A stretch of DNA of 64,000 nucleotides from an uncultured Phycisphaeraceae bacterium (lineage in GTDB: Bacteria > Planctomycetota > Phycisphaerae > UBA1845), in NCBI GenBank assembly GCA_964495075.1, contig CAZBUJ010000001.1, positions 78,539 through 142,538 on the forward strand, given 5' to 3'. The notes beneath the pieces were generated by a model. That model had not been told where the DNA came from. It made no database searches and saw nothing but the letters and a program-made list of their open reading frames with translations. The position numbers and the translations under genes are program-made. How positions within the stretch are numbered: the first letter of the stretch is position 1; each line of letters starts with the position of its first letter. Below, in pieces: positions 9,163 through 16,518 of this stretch.

Positions 9163-9738
9163 ATGACGAAGCGACATATCCATTACGAAGCGGCGTTCGA
9201 GGACTATCTGCGCTCGCAGGGCATTCCCTACATCCCCGTGGACGAGCAAAGGAAGGTGATCTTCGCGGGGGCCCGGGTCAAATCGTTCGATTTCCTGGTG
9301 TACCGCGACGGCGGGGAAAAGTGGATCGTCGACGTCAAGGGGCGCAAGTACCCGTACGTCACCGAAGCGAACCGACGCTACTGGGAGAACTGGGTCACCC
9401 GTGATGATCTGGCGGGGCTGGCCAGTTGGCAGGAGGCGTTCGGCGCGGGTTTCCTGGCCGTCTTTGTGTTCGCCTATTGGTTGACCGATGACGATCTGCT
9501 CCGCCGGCCGACCCCGCACGTTCACCCCTACGGCGATCAGCGTTACGCGTTCCTTTGCATCACGCTGGACGCGTACCGGAGTCAGTGCCGGCCCCGATCG
9601 GACAAATGGGATACGGTAACCCTGCCCACCGCGGTATTCCGGGCGTTGGCCACGCCCATTCAGCAGGGGGGCGGTTTACGCCGGCTTGACCCGACCTATA
9701 ATAGTCTGGACGAAGCCGAGTGCCGGACACCCTTTTGA
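9163..9738 (+). CDS. HYExAFE family protein (function unknown)
   Basis: ATG 9163 gives 191 aa beginning MTKRHIHYEAAFEDYL, the motif that names the family. SFDFLVY...KWIVDVKGRK resembles a D...(D/E)xK nuclease-like core. Confidence 0.7.
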   Translation: MTKRHIHYEAAFEDYLRSQGIPYIPVDEQRKVIFAGARVKSFDFLVYRDGGEKWIVDVKGRKYPYVTEANRRYWENWVTRDDLAGLASWQEAFGAGFLAVFVFAYWLTDDDLLRRPTPHVHPYGDQRYAFLCITLDAYRSQCRPRSDKWDTVTLPTAVFRALATPIQQGGGLRRLDPTYNSLDEAECRTPF

Positions 9739-9774
9739 CGGCGCACTGGGGTCGTCGGGTTCATTCGGAGTTGC

Positions 9775-10053
9775 ATGGTGCGGAGTTGTATGGCGGTGAC
9801 TCGCACCGCCGACTCACGACAGGGGATGGTTACGGTGAGATCGAGCCAACGTATCAGAACGAGCACGTGGTGGCCGGGATTGCTGGCCGTGTTGTATGCG
9901 TGGAGCTGGGTGCCTTGCGCGATTGCGCAGGAAGCCACCAAAGGCCCGGCCCACCCGAGCAAGCCGGTCTTCCCGTGGATCGCCGCCCTTGTCTTCGCAG
10001 GCCTGTGCTGCGCCGTCGCATTCAAGAACCCGCGACGTTCGCACATGGATTGA
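9775..10053 (+). CDS. small hypothetical membrane protein (signal peptide plus C-terminal TM and basic tail)
   Basis: WWPGLLAVLYAWSWVPCAIAQE signal-like segment, then PVFPWIAALVFAGLCCAVAFKNPRR. Start uncertain (alternative ATG at 9826). TTTACG-16-TATAAT at 9675-9702 lies upstream. Confidence 0.3.
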   Translation: MVRSCMAVTRTADSRQGMVTVRSSQRIRTSTWWPGLLAVLYAWSWVPCAIAQEATKGPAHPSKPVFPWIAALVFAGLCCAVAFKNPRRSHMD

Positions 10054-10099
10054 GTCCTTCCGGTCCGGTGGGTCCGAATTGGCAATTAGGAGAACGACC

Positions 10100-10384
10100 G
10101 TGCTGACAAAACGCTCCATCATCGTGGCGTTGGCTGGATTGAACCTGTTCCTGCTGGCCGCACTGGTCCTGCAGGCGGCGCCGCCGCCGGCGGCCATGGC
10201 CCAGTCGGCGGGCCGTCCGGGTGACTTCATGATCACCACGTGCAAGTACACCGATCAGTACAACGCGATGTACATCATTGACAATCCGGGCCGGTTGCTG
10301 CACTGCTTTGCCCCGGCCGGGAAATCGGGCGGCCAGTTTGTCCACGCCCAGACCCGCAGCCTGGTGAACGATTTCCGCAGGTAG
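10100..10384 (+). CDS. small secreted/membrane-anchored hypothetical protein (paralog of 10435..10779)
   Basis: GTG 10100 preceded by AGGAGA (10088-10093). N-terminal hydrophobic anchor IIVALAGLNLFLLAALVL, AMAQS, then GDFMITT...MYIIDNPG. Confidence 0.45.
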   Translation: MLTKRSIIVALAGLNLFLLAALVLQAAPPPAAMAQSAGRPGDFMITTCKYTDQYNAMYIIDNPGRLLHCFAPAGKSGGQFVHAQTRSLVNDFRR

Positions 10385-10434
10385 ACCGCGTATCGTTGTG
10401 ACCATCCGACTGGCTTGCCGTAAAGGAGCCGGAT

Positions 10435-10779
10435 ATGAGCTCGAAAGATCTCGCGATTGGCGTTCTCAGCACGACGGCCGTGATTCTCTTCGTGGGCCTG
10501 ATCATCCTGTACAGTTTGTCCGATGCCGCCTTCGCCCAGACTTCCGGGCCTGGGGGTGGTGTCGGTGTCGAGACGGGCGACTACGTGATGGCCGTCGGTG
10601 CGATCGACACGCGGACCCAGGTGCTGATGGTGATCGACACCGCGGTGAACGGCATGAACGTGTACGGGTTCGACTTCAAGAGCGGGGCGGTCGGCATCAC
10701 CCAGCAGATCGACCTCGGTCAACTCCGCGCGCAAGCGCAACAGATGAACCCCGCCACCGGCGGCGGCCGGCGCCGCTAG
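10435..10779 (+). CDS. small secreted/membrane-anchored hypothetical protein (paralog of 10100..10384)
   Basis: ATG preceded by AAGGAG. Anchor AIGVLSTTAVILFVGLIILY, AFAQT, Gly-rich linker, GDYVMAV...LMVIDTAV. Same layout as the preceding ORF. Confidence 0.5.
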   Translation: MSSKDLAIGVLSTTAVILFVGLIILYSLSDAAFAQTSGPGGGVGVETGDYVMAVGAIDTRTQVLMVIDTAVNGMNVYGFDFKSGAVGITQQIDLGQLRAQAQQMNPATGGGRRR

Positions 10780-11208
10780 CGCCCGCCGCCAACCGGCCCC
10801 GCGATTCCGAGGAACGCCGTCAGGGCCTGCGAGTGCCGTCGTAGCCCGCGAGGGCTATCACAGCCGGTGGTCGACCGGCTCCCTTTCCAACGCCAGGACA
10901 CCATCAGTTGGGCCGGAGCCCCGGCTGACCGATCGTTGGTGTTCGCTGCCGGGATTGGCAGTGAAACGGGCGTGGTAGTATCGTAGTTTTCCGGCCCGCC
11001 ACTCTTTGATCGCCTCTTTGATCGCGGCCCGGCGACCCGGGCCGTCCGTCTCCCCGCCGTACCGTCGTAGAGCGGCTTCGACGCGAATGCCCGGAACCGT
11101 GGTTGGTGGCCGATTCAGCGGCTCCGCGCCTTCATGAAGCCCGCGGTGCTCCCTTCGCCGACTCGGGCGCGATGAGCGATTCTCCGCCCGCGATCACGGC
11201 ACCGGCAC

Positions 11209-11237
11209 TTGCCCGTCGGATTATCATAGTATATAAT
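11209..11237 (+). promoter_or_regulatory. putative sigma70-type promoter (TTGCCC-17 nt-TATAAT) for the ArsR-like gene
   Basis: TTGCCC at 11209-11214 and TATAAT at 11232-11237, inside a striking 40-nt AT-rich patch and 60 nt upstream of ATG 11297. Confidence 0.4.
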
Positions 11238-11242
11238 AATGT

Positions 11243-11258
11243 AATAACAGAATAACAG
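11243..11258 (+). repeat. perfect tandem direct repeat AATAACAG x2 between the -10 box and the RBS (possible operator)
   Basis: AATAACAG at 11243-11250 and again at 11251-11258, read directly from the sequence. Confidence 0.6.
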
Positions 11259-11296
11259 CGCACGTTATCTTGACGCGTGCGGCAGGAGGAGCGAGC

Positions 11297-12166
11297 ATGA
11301 ATCGAGCAATGACGACCCGGACGGGGCGGATCGGGAAGCGTGGGGCGGTGGCGACGACGACGGGGGATTCGCGGTCGGCCGCCGGCAAACGCCGGGCGGC
11401 AGCCGGCGAGCCCTCGGCGGGGAAACGGCGGACGCGAAGCCGGCACACGACGTGGACACGAACCGGCTCGCCCACGCGGACGCCAAGGAAGCAGGGGAGG
11501 GCGACCGCCGGACGACGGGACGCGGCCCGGAGGTCGACGAAAACCGCCGCGGCGCGACGTCGCGGGAACGCGACGCGCAGGCGCGCAAGTCGCGAGGATG
11601 TGAACCGCGGACACGTGGAGCGCCGCGGGGCGCATCGCGTGGATACGGCTGCCAGGGCTCTCGCGAAATGGATGCCCGCCCTGCGGAAGCAGGGCGGCAG
11701 GGGGGTCGGGGCCGTGCTCGCCGTGGTCGAAGGGGGCGGCCGCAGGTGGGACGTGTCCAGCGTGGTCTGTGACCATACTACGCCGTTAGCCGGTCGCGGG
11801 GCAGGCAAGAACAACGAAGACGGCCCGGAGATGGCCGGCAGCAGGGCGGCCAGGACGCTCGCCGCCAAAGTCCGGCCGGCTGAACTGGCGGCGCTGCTCG
11901 CCGCCATGAGCAGCGTGCACCGACTGCGCATCCTGCTCAAACTGCTCGAAGGGGCGGCCACCTACCGCACCCTCCAAAAAGTCACTGGCCTCAAGGCCGG
12001 GCCGCTGTATCATCACATCGCCAACCTGCGATTGGCCTCGCTGGTTGGCCCGAAACAGCGGGATCTGTACGAGCTGACCCGGGCCGGCCGCGACGTATTG
12101 ATGGGCACGCTGATGCTCGGGCCCCTGAGCCGCGATCGGCGTAGACGACCGGCGAACTACCAATGA
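11297..12166 (+). CDS. ArsR-like winged-helix regulator with long Arg-rich N-terminal extension
   Basis: AGGAGGAG SD (11284-11291) then ATG 11297. C-terminal HRLRILLKLLEGAATYRTLQKVTGLKAGPLYHHIANLRLASLV matches the ArsR/SmtB HTH. The N-terminal 114 aa contain 30 Arg (my count). GC3-rich codons throughout. Confidence 0.6.
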   Translation: MNRAMTTRTGRIGKRGAVATTTGDSRSAAGKRRAAAGEPSAGKRRTRSRHTTWTRTGSPTRTPRKQGRATAGRRDAARRSTKTAAARRRGNATRRRASREDVNRGHVERRGAHRVDTAARALAKWMPALRKQGGRGVGAVLAVVEGGGRRWDVSSVVCDHTTPLAGRGAGKNNEDGPEMAGSRAARTLAAKVRPAELAALLAAMSSVHRLRILLKLLEGAATYRTLQKVTGLKAGPLYHHIANLRLASLVGPKQRDLYELTRAGRDVLMGTLMLGPLSRDRRRRPANYQ

Positions 12167-13407
12167 TCGCCGACATGACGCCGCGCCCACGGGCCCGTTC
12201 CATCGGCTACCATGACCACGCAGACCGAGCAAGCACGTTGAACTCCGAGACGGCCAATCGCAGTCCTCGCCGGCGCGTCCTTGTGCTGGAGCCGTACTAC
12301 GGCGGGTCGCACCGCGTATTCGTGAACACGCTCCAAAAACACAGCCGGCATGCCTACGAGATCATCACGCTGCCCGCCCGCAAGTGGAAATGGCGGATGC
12401 GCGGGGCGGCCATGTCGTTCGCTGACCAACTGGCAAGGCGACCACCCGACGGCGACCTCATCCTCACCAGCGACATGCTCAGTGTCACCGACCTGCGGGC
12501 GCTGCTGCCGCGTACCTGGGAGGGCGTCCCCATCGCGTGCTACTTCCACGAGAACCAGTTGACCTACCCCCTGTCCGAATTCGACCGGCGGGACTACCAG
12601 TTCGGCTTCACCAACATCACTTCGGCCCTGGCCGCCGACGCGCTGTGGTTCAATTCGCAGGCCCATCTCGATGCTTTCATCGAAGCGGCCGGAGAGCTGC
12701 TGGCCCGCATGCCCGACCACGTGCCGACCGCCCTGCCGGAACGCATCGCCGAAAGGGCGGTTGTGCTCTGGCCGCCGGTGGCCGGACCACCCGCCGCATT
12801 CCGCCGCGACCCCGCCGCGACTCGCGAGCAGCAACGCGCCGATGGCCCTCTCCGCATCCTCTGGTGCCACCGCTGGGAATACGACAAGAACCCGGAAGAC
12901 TTCTTCGGCACTCTCCTCCGGCTCGCGGATGCAGGCCATGACTTCCAACTCATCCTCGTCGGGGAATCCTTCCGCGAGGTTCCGCCCGTCTTTGCCGGTT
13001 CTTGGAAACGGCTGTCGGACCGCATCGTCCACGCCGGATTCGTGCCGGACCGGAACGTCTACTGGCAGCGGGTGGCCTTCGCCGACGCGGTGGCCAGCAC
13101 GGCTATCCAGGAGAACTTCGGCATCGCGGTGGTCGAAGCCATGTTGGCCGGCTGCTGGCCAGTGTTTCCCAACCGACTTTCCTACCCGGAAATCCTGCCC
13201 CCCGAATTCCGAACCACGTGTCTGTACGACTCCGTCGACGAGCTCCATGACAAGCTGCTTGCCCTGCTCGGAAGCGGTGTCGATCCGACCGAAGGGGCCC
13301 GACTTGTGGATCAGGTTCGGGCCCTCCACGCCGTGGATCAGCGGACAGCCGCAATTGACGAGGCCATCGACGCGGCAGCCTCCGCCAGGCGCTTGAGCCA
13401 ATCGTAA
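12163..13407 (+). CDS. DUF3524 + GT4 glycosyltransferase, homolog of tRNA-queuosine alpha-mannosyltransferase (GTDC1/QTMAN type)
   Basis: 414 aa. LVLEPYYGGSH, LPARKWKWRMRGAA, YFHENQLTYP, RDYQFGFTNI, ILWCHRWEYDKNPEDFF and ENFGIAVVEAMLAGCWPVFPNRLSYPEI all parallel human GTDC1 blocks recalled from memory. ATGA overlap with the upstream gene. Confidence 0.85.
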   Translation: MIADMTPRPRARSIGYHDHADRASTLNSETANRSPRRRVLVLEPYYGGSHRVFVNTLQKHSRHAYEIITLPARKWKWRMRGAAMSFADQLARRPPDGDLILTSDMLSVTDLRALLPRTWEGVPIACYFHENQLTYPLSEFDRRDYQFGFTNITSALAADALWFNSQAHLDAFIEAAGELLARMPDHVPTALPERIAERAVVLWPPVAGPPAAFRRDPAATREQQRADGPLRILWCHRWEYDKNPEDFFGTLLRLADAGHDFQLILVGESFREVPPVFAGSWKRLSDRIVHAGFVPDRNVYWQRVAFADAVASTAIQENFGIAVVEAMLAGCWPVFPNRLSYPEILPPEFRTTCLYDSVDELHDKLLALLGSGVDPTEGARLVDQVRALHAVDQRTAAIDEAIDAAASARRLSQS

Positions 13408-13456
13408 ACCCAAAAGCGGTCTGACGGACTTCACCACGCTCAGCGCGACGGGCGGC

Positions 13457-13475
13457 GAGCGACCTTCGGTCGCTC
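13457..13475 (+). terminator. GC-rich hairpin downstream of the glycosyltransferase gene (possible factor-independent terminator, no U-tract)
   Basis: GAGCGACC-TTC-GGTCGCTC, an 8-bp perfect stem 50 nt after the stop at 13407. Confidence 0.3.
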
Positions 13476-13554
13476 CGGAAGGGTCCGGTCGGGGCGTCCA
13501 CAGGGGTCGAAACCCGCCTGGCGGCCCGGAAACCGCCCCGATCCCTAAGGTCCG

Positions 13555-13568
13555 ATAATATATATTAT
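13555..13568. repeat. perfect 14-bp AT-only palindrome ATAATATATATTAT
   Basis: Read directly. Sits in a convergent intergenic region with no obvious gene to serve. Confidence 0.7.
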
Positions 13569-13737
13569 GTTGCATTCGGCCGGCAGGGCGGACGCGGGCC
13601 CGCCCCGGCGCCCGCCGCGGCCGCGTGCACGTTCGTCGCAACGTGCTGGCCACGCAACATGCGTGCCACCGTTCGAAACGCATGCGGCACCGTCGGCGTC
13701 GACCGCCGAGACTCACCCTTCACCAGGCATACATCCA

Positions 13738-13768
13738 AGGGCGGAGCGGGATTCGGTCCGCTCCGCCC
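13738..13768 (-). terminator. strong hairpin (11-bp perfect stem) downstream of a possible small minus-strand ORF
   Basis: GGGCGGAGCGG-8 nt loop-CCGCTCCGCCC. No U-tract on either strand. Confidence 0.3.
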
Positions 13769-13794
13769 GTTCACGTCCGCCTCTCTCCACTCGA

Positions 13795-13938
13795 TTACTT
13801 CTTTACCGGCGGGACCGGCGGCGCCGGCTTGGTTGATCCCGGCTTCCCGGCGGGGGTCGGTGCCGGCGTCGCGGGCTTTGACGGTGGAGTCGGGTTTCGA
13901 GGCTTCTGTGGATTTCCCTTGTCGGGCTTCGTGGTCAT
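13795..13938 (-). CDS. possible 47-aa Pro/Lys-rich small protein (below track length cut-off)
   Basis: ATG 13938 preceded by AGGAGA at 7-nt spacing. Translation is MTTKPDKGNPQKPRNPTPPSKPATPAPTPAGKPGSTKPAPPVPPVKK. Low-complexity, so coding status is uncertain. Confidence 0.2.
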   Translation of the reverse strand: MTTKPDKGNPQKPRNPTPPSKPATPAPTPAGKPGSTKPAPPVPPVKK

Positions 13939-14155
13939 TTGTGATTCTCCTCATGCGGCGGGTGGACCCGCCGCTAAACGAACTGATCCCCGCGCTCCAC
14001 CCGGCGCGGCCTCTCTGATCTGCTAACGCCTGTCGACAGGCGGAGGAGCGCCCGCGGTGGGCGCCACCTCCGCCCTGCACGTCTCCGTGTGTAACGAACG
14101 GCCGACGAGCTATCCCCCCAAGACCTCCAGTCAAAGGCGAATCGCCGCTGGGTCA

Positions 14156-14704
14156 CTACGCGCGCTGCGCCTGCTCCTCCGGCTCCTCGACGGGTACCAG
14201 CACCGCGTCGATCTGGTGAATCAGCCCGTTGCTCGCCTCCGTGTCGGCTTTCGTGACCTTCGCCACGTCGATCATCACCACGTCGTTCTTGACGGTGATT
14301 TTCAACTCCTCGCCGGCCAGGGTCTTCACAAGTTTCATCGCCTTGAGGTCAGCCGCGTTCTTCCGGCCGTCCAGGACGTGGTTCTTGAGCACGCGCTGGA
14401 GTTCCGCCTTGTTCTCCGGTTTCTGTAGTTCGTCCAGCTTCTTGCCCAGCTTCTTGAACGCCCCGTCCGTGGGGGCGAAGACCGTGTACGGGCCTTTGCC
14501 CTTCAGCGTGTCGACCAGCCCGGCCGCGTCCAGCAGCTTGCAGAACGTCTTCAAGTCGCCGGCGTCCTTGGCGACTTCGACAACGTCCTTCGGTTTCGGC
14601 GGGTCGGGTTTTTTCTCCTGTGCCAGGCTCAGTCCTGTCCAGCCCGCCAGCACGACAATCGTGGCCACAGGCAGCCACCGCCGCACCAGAGAGTTCGTGA
14701 ACAT
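14156..14704 (-). CDS. fasciclin (FAS1) domain protein, secreted
   Basis: Signal MFTNSLVRRWLPVATIVVLAGWTGLSLAQ. FAS1 motifs TVFAPTDGAF, VLKNHVL, NGLIHQIDAVLVP. ATG 14704 preferred over the TTG at 14719 (GGAG 9 nt upstream). Confidence 0.85.
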   Translation of the reverse strand: MFTNSLVRRWLPVATIVVLAGWTGLSLAQEKKPDPPKPKDVVEVAKDAGDLKTFCKLLDAAGLVDTLKGKGPYTVFAPTDGAFKKLGKKLDELQKPENKAELQRVLKNHVLDGRKNAADLKAMKLVKTLAGEELKITVKNDVVMIDVAKVTKADTEASNGLIHQIDAVLVPVEEPEEQAQRA

Positions 14705-15816
14705 CTTCTCGATCTCCAAACCAGTATCGCCTTCCGCTTGGACCGTTTCGGCGACCGCCCACCATGGACGGCACGCATGTCCGATTCGCGGCGGCGTTCA
14801 CTGCTCCATCGCCCTGCCAAGGCGAACCGTGTCGCTGCGAACGTTGTGCCTCGCCCGCGAGATCGCCGGCCGCGTCCACCGGCGGCGTCGGGCTGACGGT
14901 GATAACCTCATGTCGATGCCGGCTTTGCAGTGAAGCCGGCGTGTCCTTTCCACCTTCCGCGCACGAGTTCGGCCCGAATGCATCCGTTTGCCCGGGGAAC
15001 GACGCGACGCGTCGGCCGTGCGGGGCAAGTGCACCCTATCTGTTGTTGGAACAACGAATAAGGATCAACGTTGCGCTGCAACCGATCCCAGGGGAGAATA
15101 GTCGGGAGGGGTGTGAACAGCAGCCGGGTCTACGCTCCACGGGCAGACACCCACCGCTCCTCTGATTGTGCAAGTATACACCACGTTTTCGACGAAGCTG
15201 CAAGATGAGAACTTTTTTTTGTACTCGCCTGACGCACCGCCCGAGCCGTGCCGCGGACCGGCACTTGACCACCGGGCGGCGGGGTATAATACAGCATCGA
15301 GGCGCGGAAAACGATGGTCCGTCGTTACTCATGCTATGCCCGGCTCTTGGCGCTCGTGTCGGCGCTCCCATGGGCGACGCTCTTGATCGACCGGCGCGCG
15401 GTGGCCGATGCGCCGGTGGGAACCACGCCAGGAATCCTGACGGCATGCGATAACCCCGCCGTCATCACCGCCGTTTCCGACGATCGCAAGCCGACGGCGA
15501 AGCGGGGATTTCTGGGGTGGGATGGAACGGCGGCACCGGTCGCCCTGCGGACGCCTCTTATCCCGGCGAGATCGGCCTCTCCGGCGGGTTTGGACCCGCG
15601 TCAGATCGCGCACCCGAATCATTCGAGCTGTGCGTTCCTCTGCAGGTTCCTGATCTAATCAGACCGTTGCACGCATCCCTGCTCCGCAACCGGTATCGTT
15701 GTGTTTGGAGTTTGAGGCCGGTGCATTGCACCGGTGTTCGAGACTGGCCATGCGCCGCTCGCTTGCCTGGGGATACGCCTCGTGGCGGCGACGGGCGCGA
15801 AGGGAGTGCATGTACT

Positions 15817-16302
15817 ATGCACCGAAACTATGAGAGGGGCACCAACGTGCTGGCTTTGGTTCAGAAATTGCTCGACGAAGGCAAGCCGAAGGAAGCAGTC
15901 GCCCTTATCAGGAAGGATGAATCCGGCGCCCCGGAACTGAGTAACGCGTACGGCGTCGCGCTCATGCGGTCCGGTGAAGCGGCCAAGGCACTCGAGGTCT
16001 ACCGCGGTTTGTGCATGTACAAGGGCGGCCTCTCGCTGAAGCCGAACCTGCCAACGGCGGTCAAGGCGAACTATGCTACGGCCCTGGCGCTGACGAAAAA
16101 CGTCGGCGGCTGTGTGGCCCTGTTGCAGGAGTTCAGTCAGGACCAGGATCAGTATGTACGAAAGCTGCGGGCGGCCGTCGATCGCTGGCGACGCTCACTC
16201 GGTTGGTGGAAGCGCCTCGCATTCGATTTGTACGGCGCCGAGCCGGACAAGCCCGTGCCGCTCGACTTCCAGCCCGGTGAGCTGGTCGTATTCCGGACTT
16301 GA
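15817..16302 (+). CDS. hypothetical protein, TPR-like helical repeats
   Basis: ATG 15817 gives 161 aa (AAGGGAG upstream). Helical-repeat-like LLDEGKPKEAVALI...AYGVALMRSGEAAKALEVY. The N-terminal 100 aa of track ORF 15517.. look non-coding. Confidence 0.5.
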   Translation: MHRNYERGTNVLALVQKLLDEGKPKEAVALIRKDESGAPELSNAYGVALMRSGEAAKALEVYRGLCMYKGGLSLKPNLPTAVKANYATALALTKNVGGCVALLQEFSQDQDQYVRKLRAAVDRWRRSLGWWKRLAFDLYGAEPDKPVPLDFQPGELVVFRT

Positions 16303-16440
16303 AAACGGGCAGCCGGTTGGTCCCAACGCCGGGATCCTGATCCGTCGCGATTCAGCGCGGCTGTAACCGCATTGCGCACCCGTGCGGGTGGGCATGGTGG
16401 CAAAGCGGCACGCCCCGTCCGCGCCTCGCGGGCGGACGGC

Positions 16441-16470
16441 TTGGACATTGCGCGAGTCGCAGTATATTAT
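16441..16470 (+). promoter_or_regulatory. putative sigma70-type promoter (TTGGAC-16/18 nt-TATATT/TATTAT) for the ATP-grasp gene
   Basis: TTGGAC at 16441-16446 and TATATTAT at 16463-16470. ATG at 16519. Confidence 0.35.
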
Positions 16471-16518
16471 TCGGTCCGGGCAGTACTGTTTCGGGGATTG
16501 CAGGGCGGGGTGTCACGG

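Noticed and set aside
8903-9166. 87-aa ORF with a Tat/lipoprotein-like RRRLPVAGVASLTVLFGNGGC and a short beta-sandwich-like start
   Set aside because: It terminates after about 45 mature residues, right at the HYExAFE start. It is probably a truncated remnant or chance ORF, with no SD seen.
10860-11130. Minus-strand open frame of about 93 codons (...IRVEAALRRYGGETDGPGRRAAIKEAIKEWRAGKLRYYHARFTANPGSEHQRS...) in an otherwise empty 500-nt gap
   Set aside because: It contains no ATG, GTG or TTG start codon after the preceding stop and has no SD. It could be a gene remnant or chance openness, so it is not reported as a CDS.
12157-13716. 519-aa minus-strand ORF, plus similar long antisense ORFs at 23613-24923, 28303-29814, 33414-34385, 59240-61207 and 61798-63087
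   Set aside because: Each lies opposite a gene with strong family motifs (the QTMAN-like glycosyltransferase, acs, ade, ltaE, the M28 peptidase and the PHP-like protein). Each has skewed Arg/His/Gly/Pro composition, so I treat them as shadow ORFs.
15314-15658. 114-aa ORF with a signal-peptide-like start downstream of a TATAAT box
   Set aside because: The body is Ala/Pro/Arg/Gly-rich with no domain, there is no clear SD, and it overlaps other equally poor ORFs. The evidence is insufficient.
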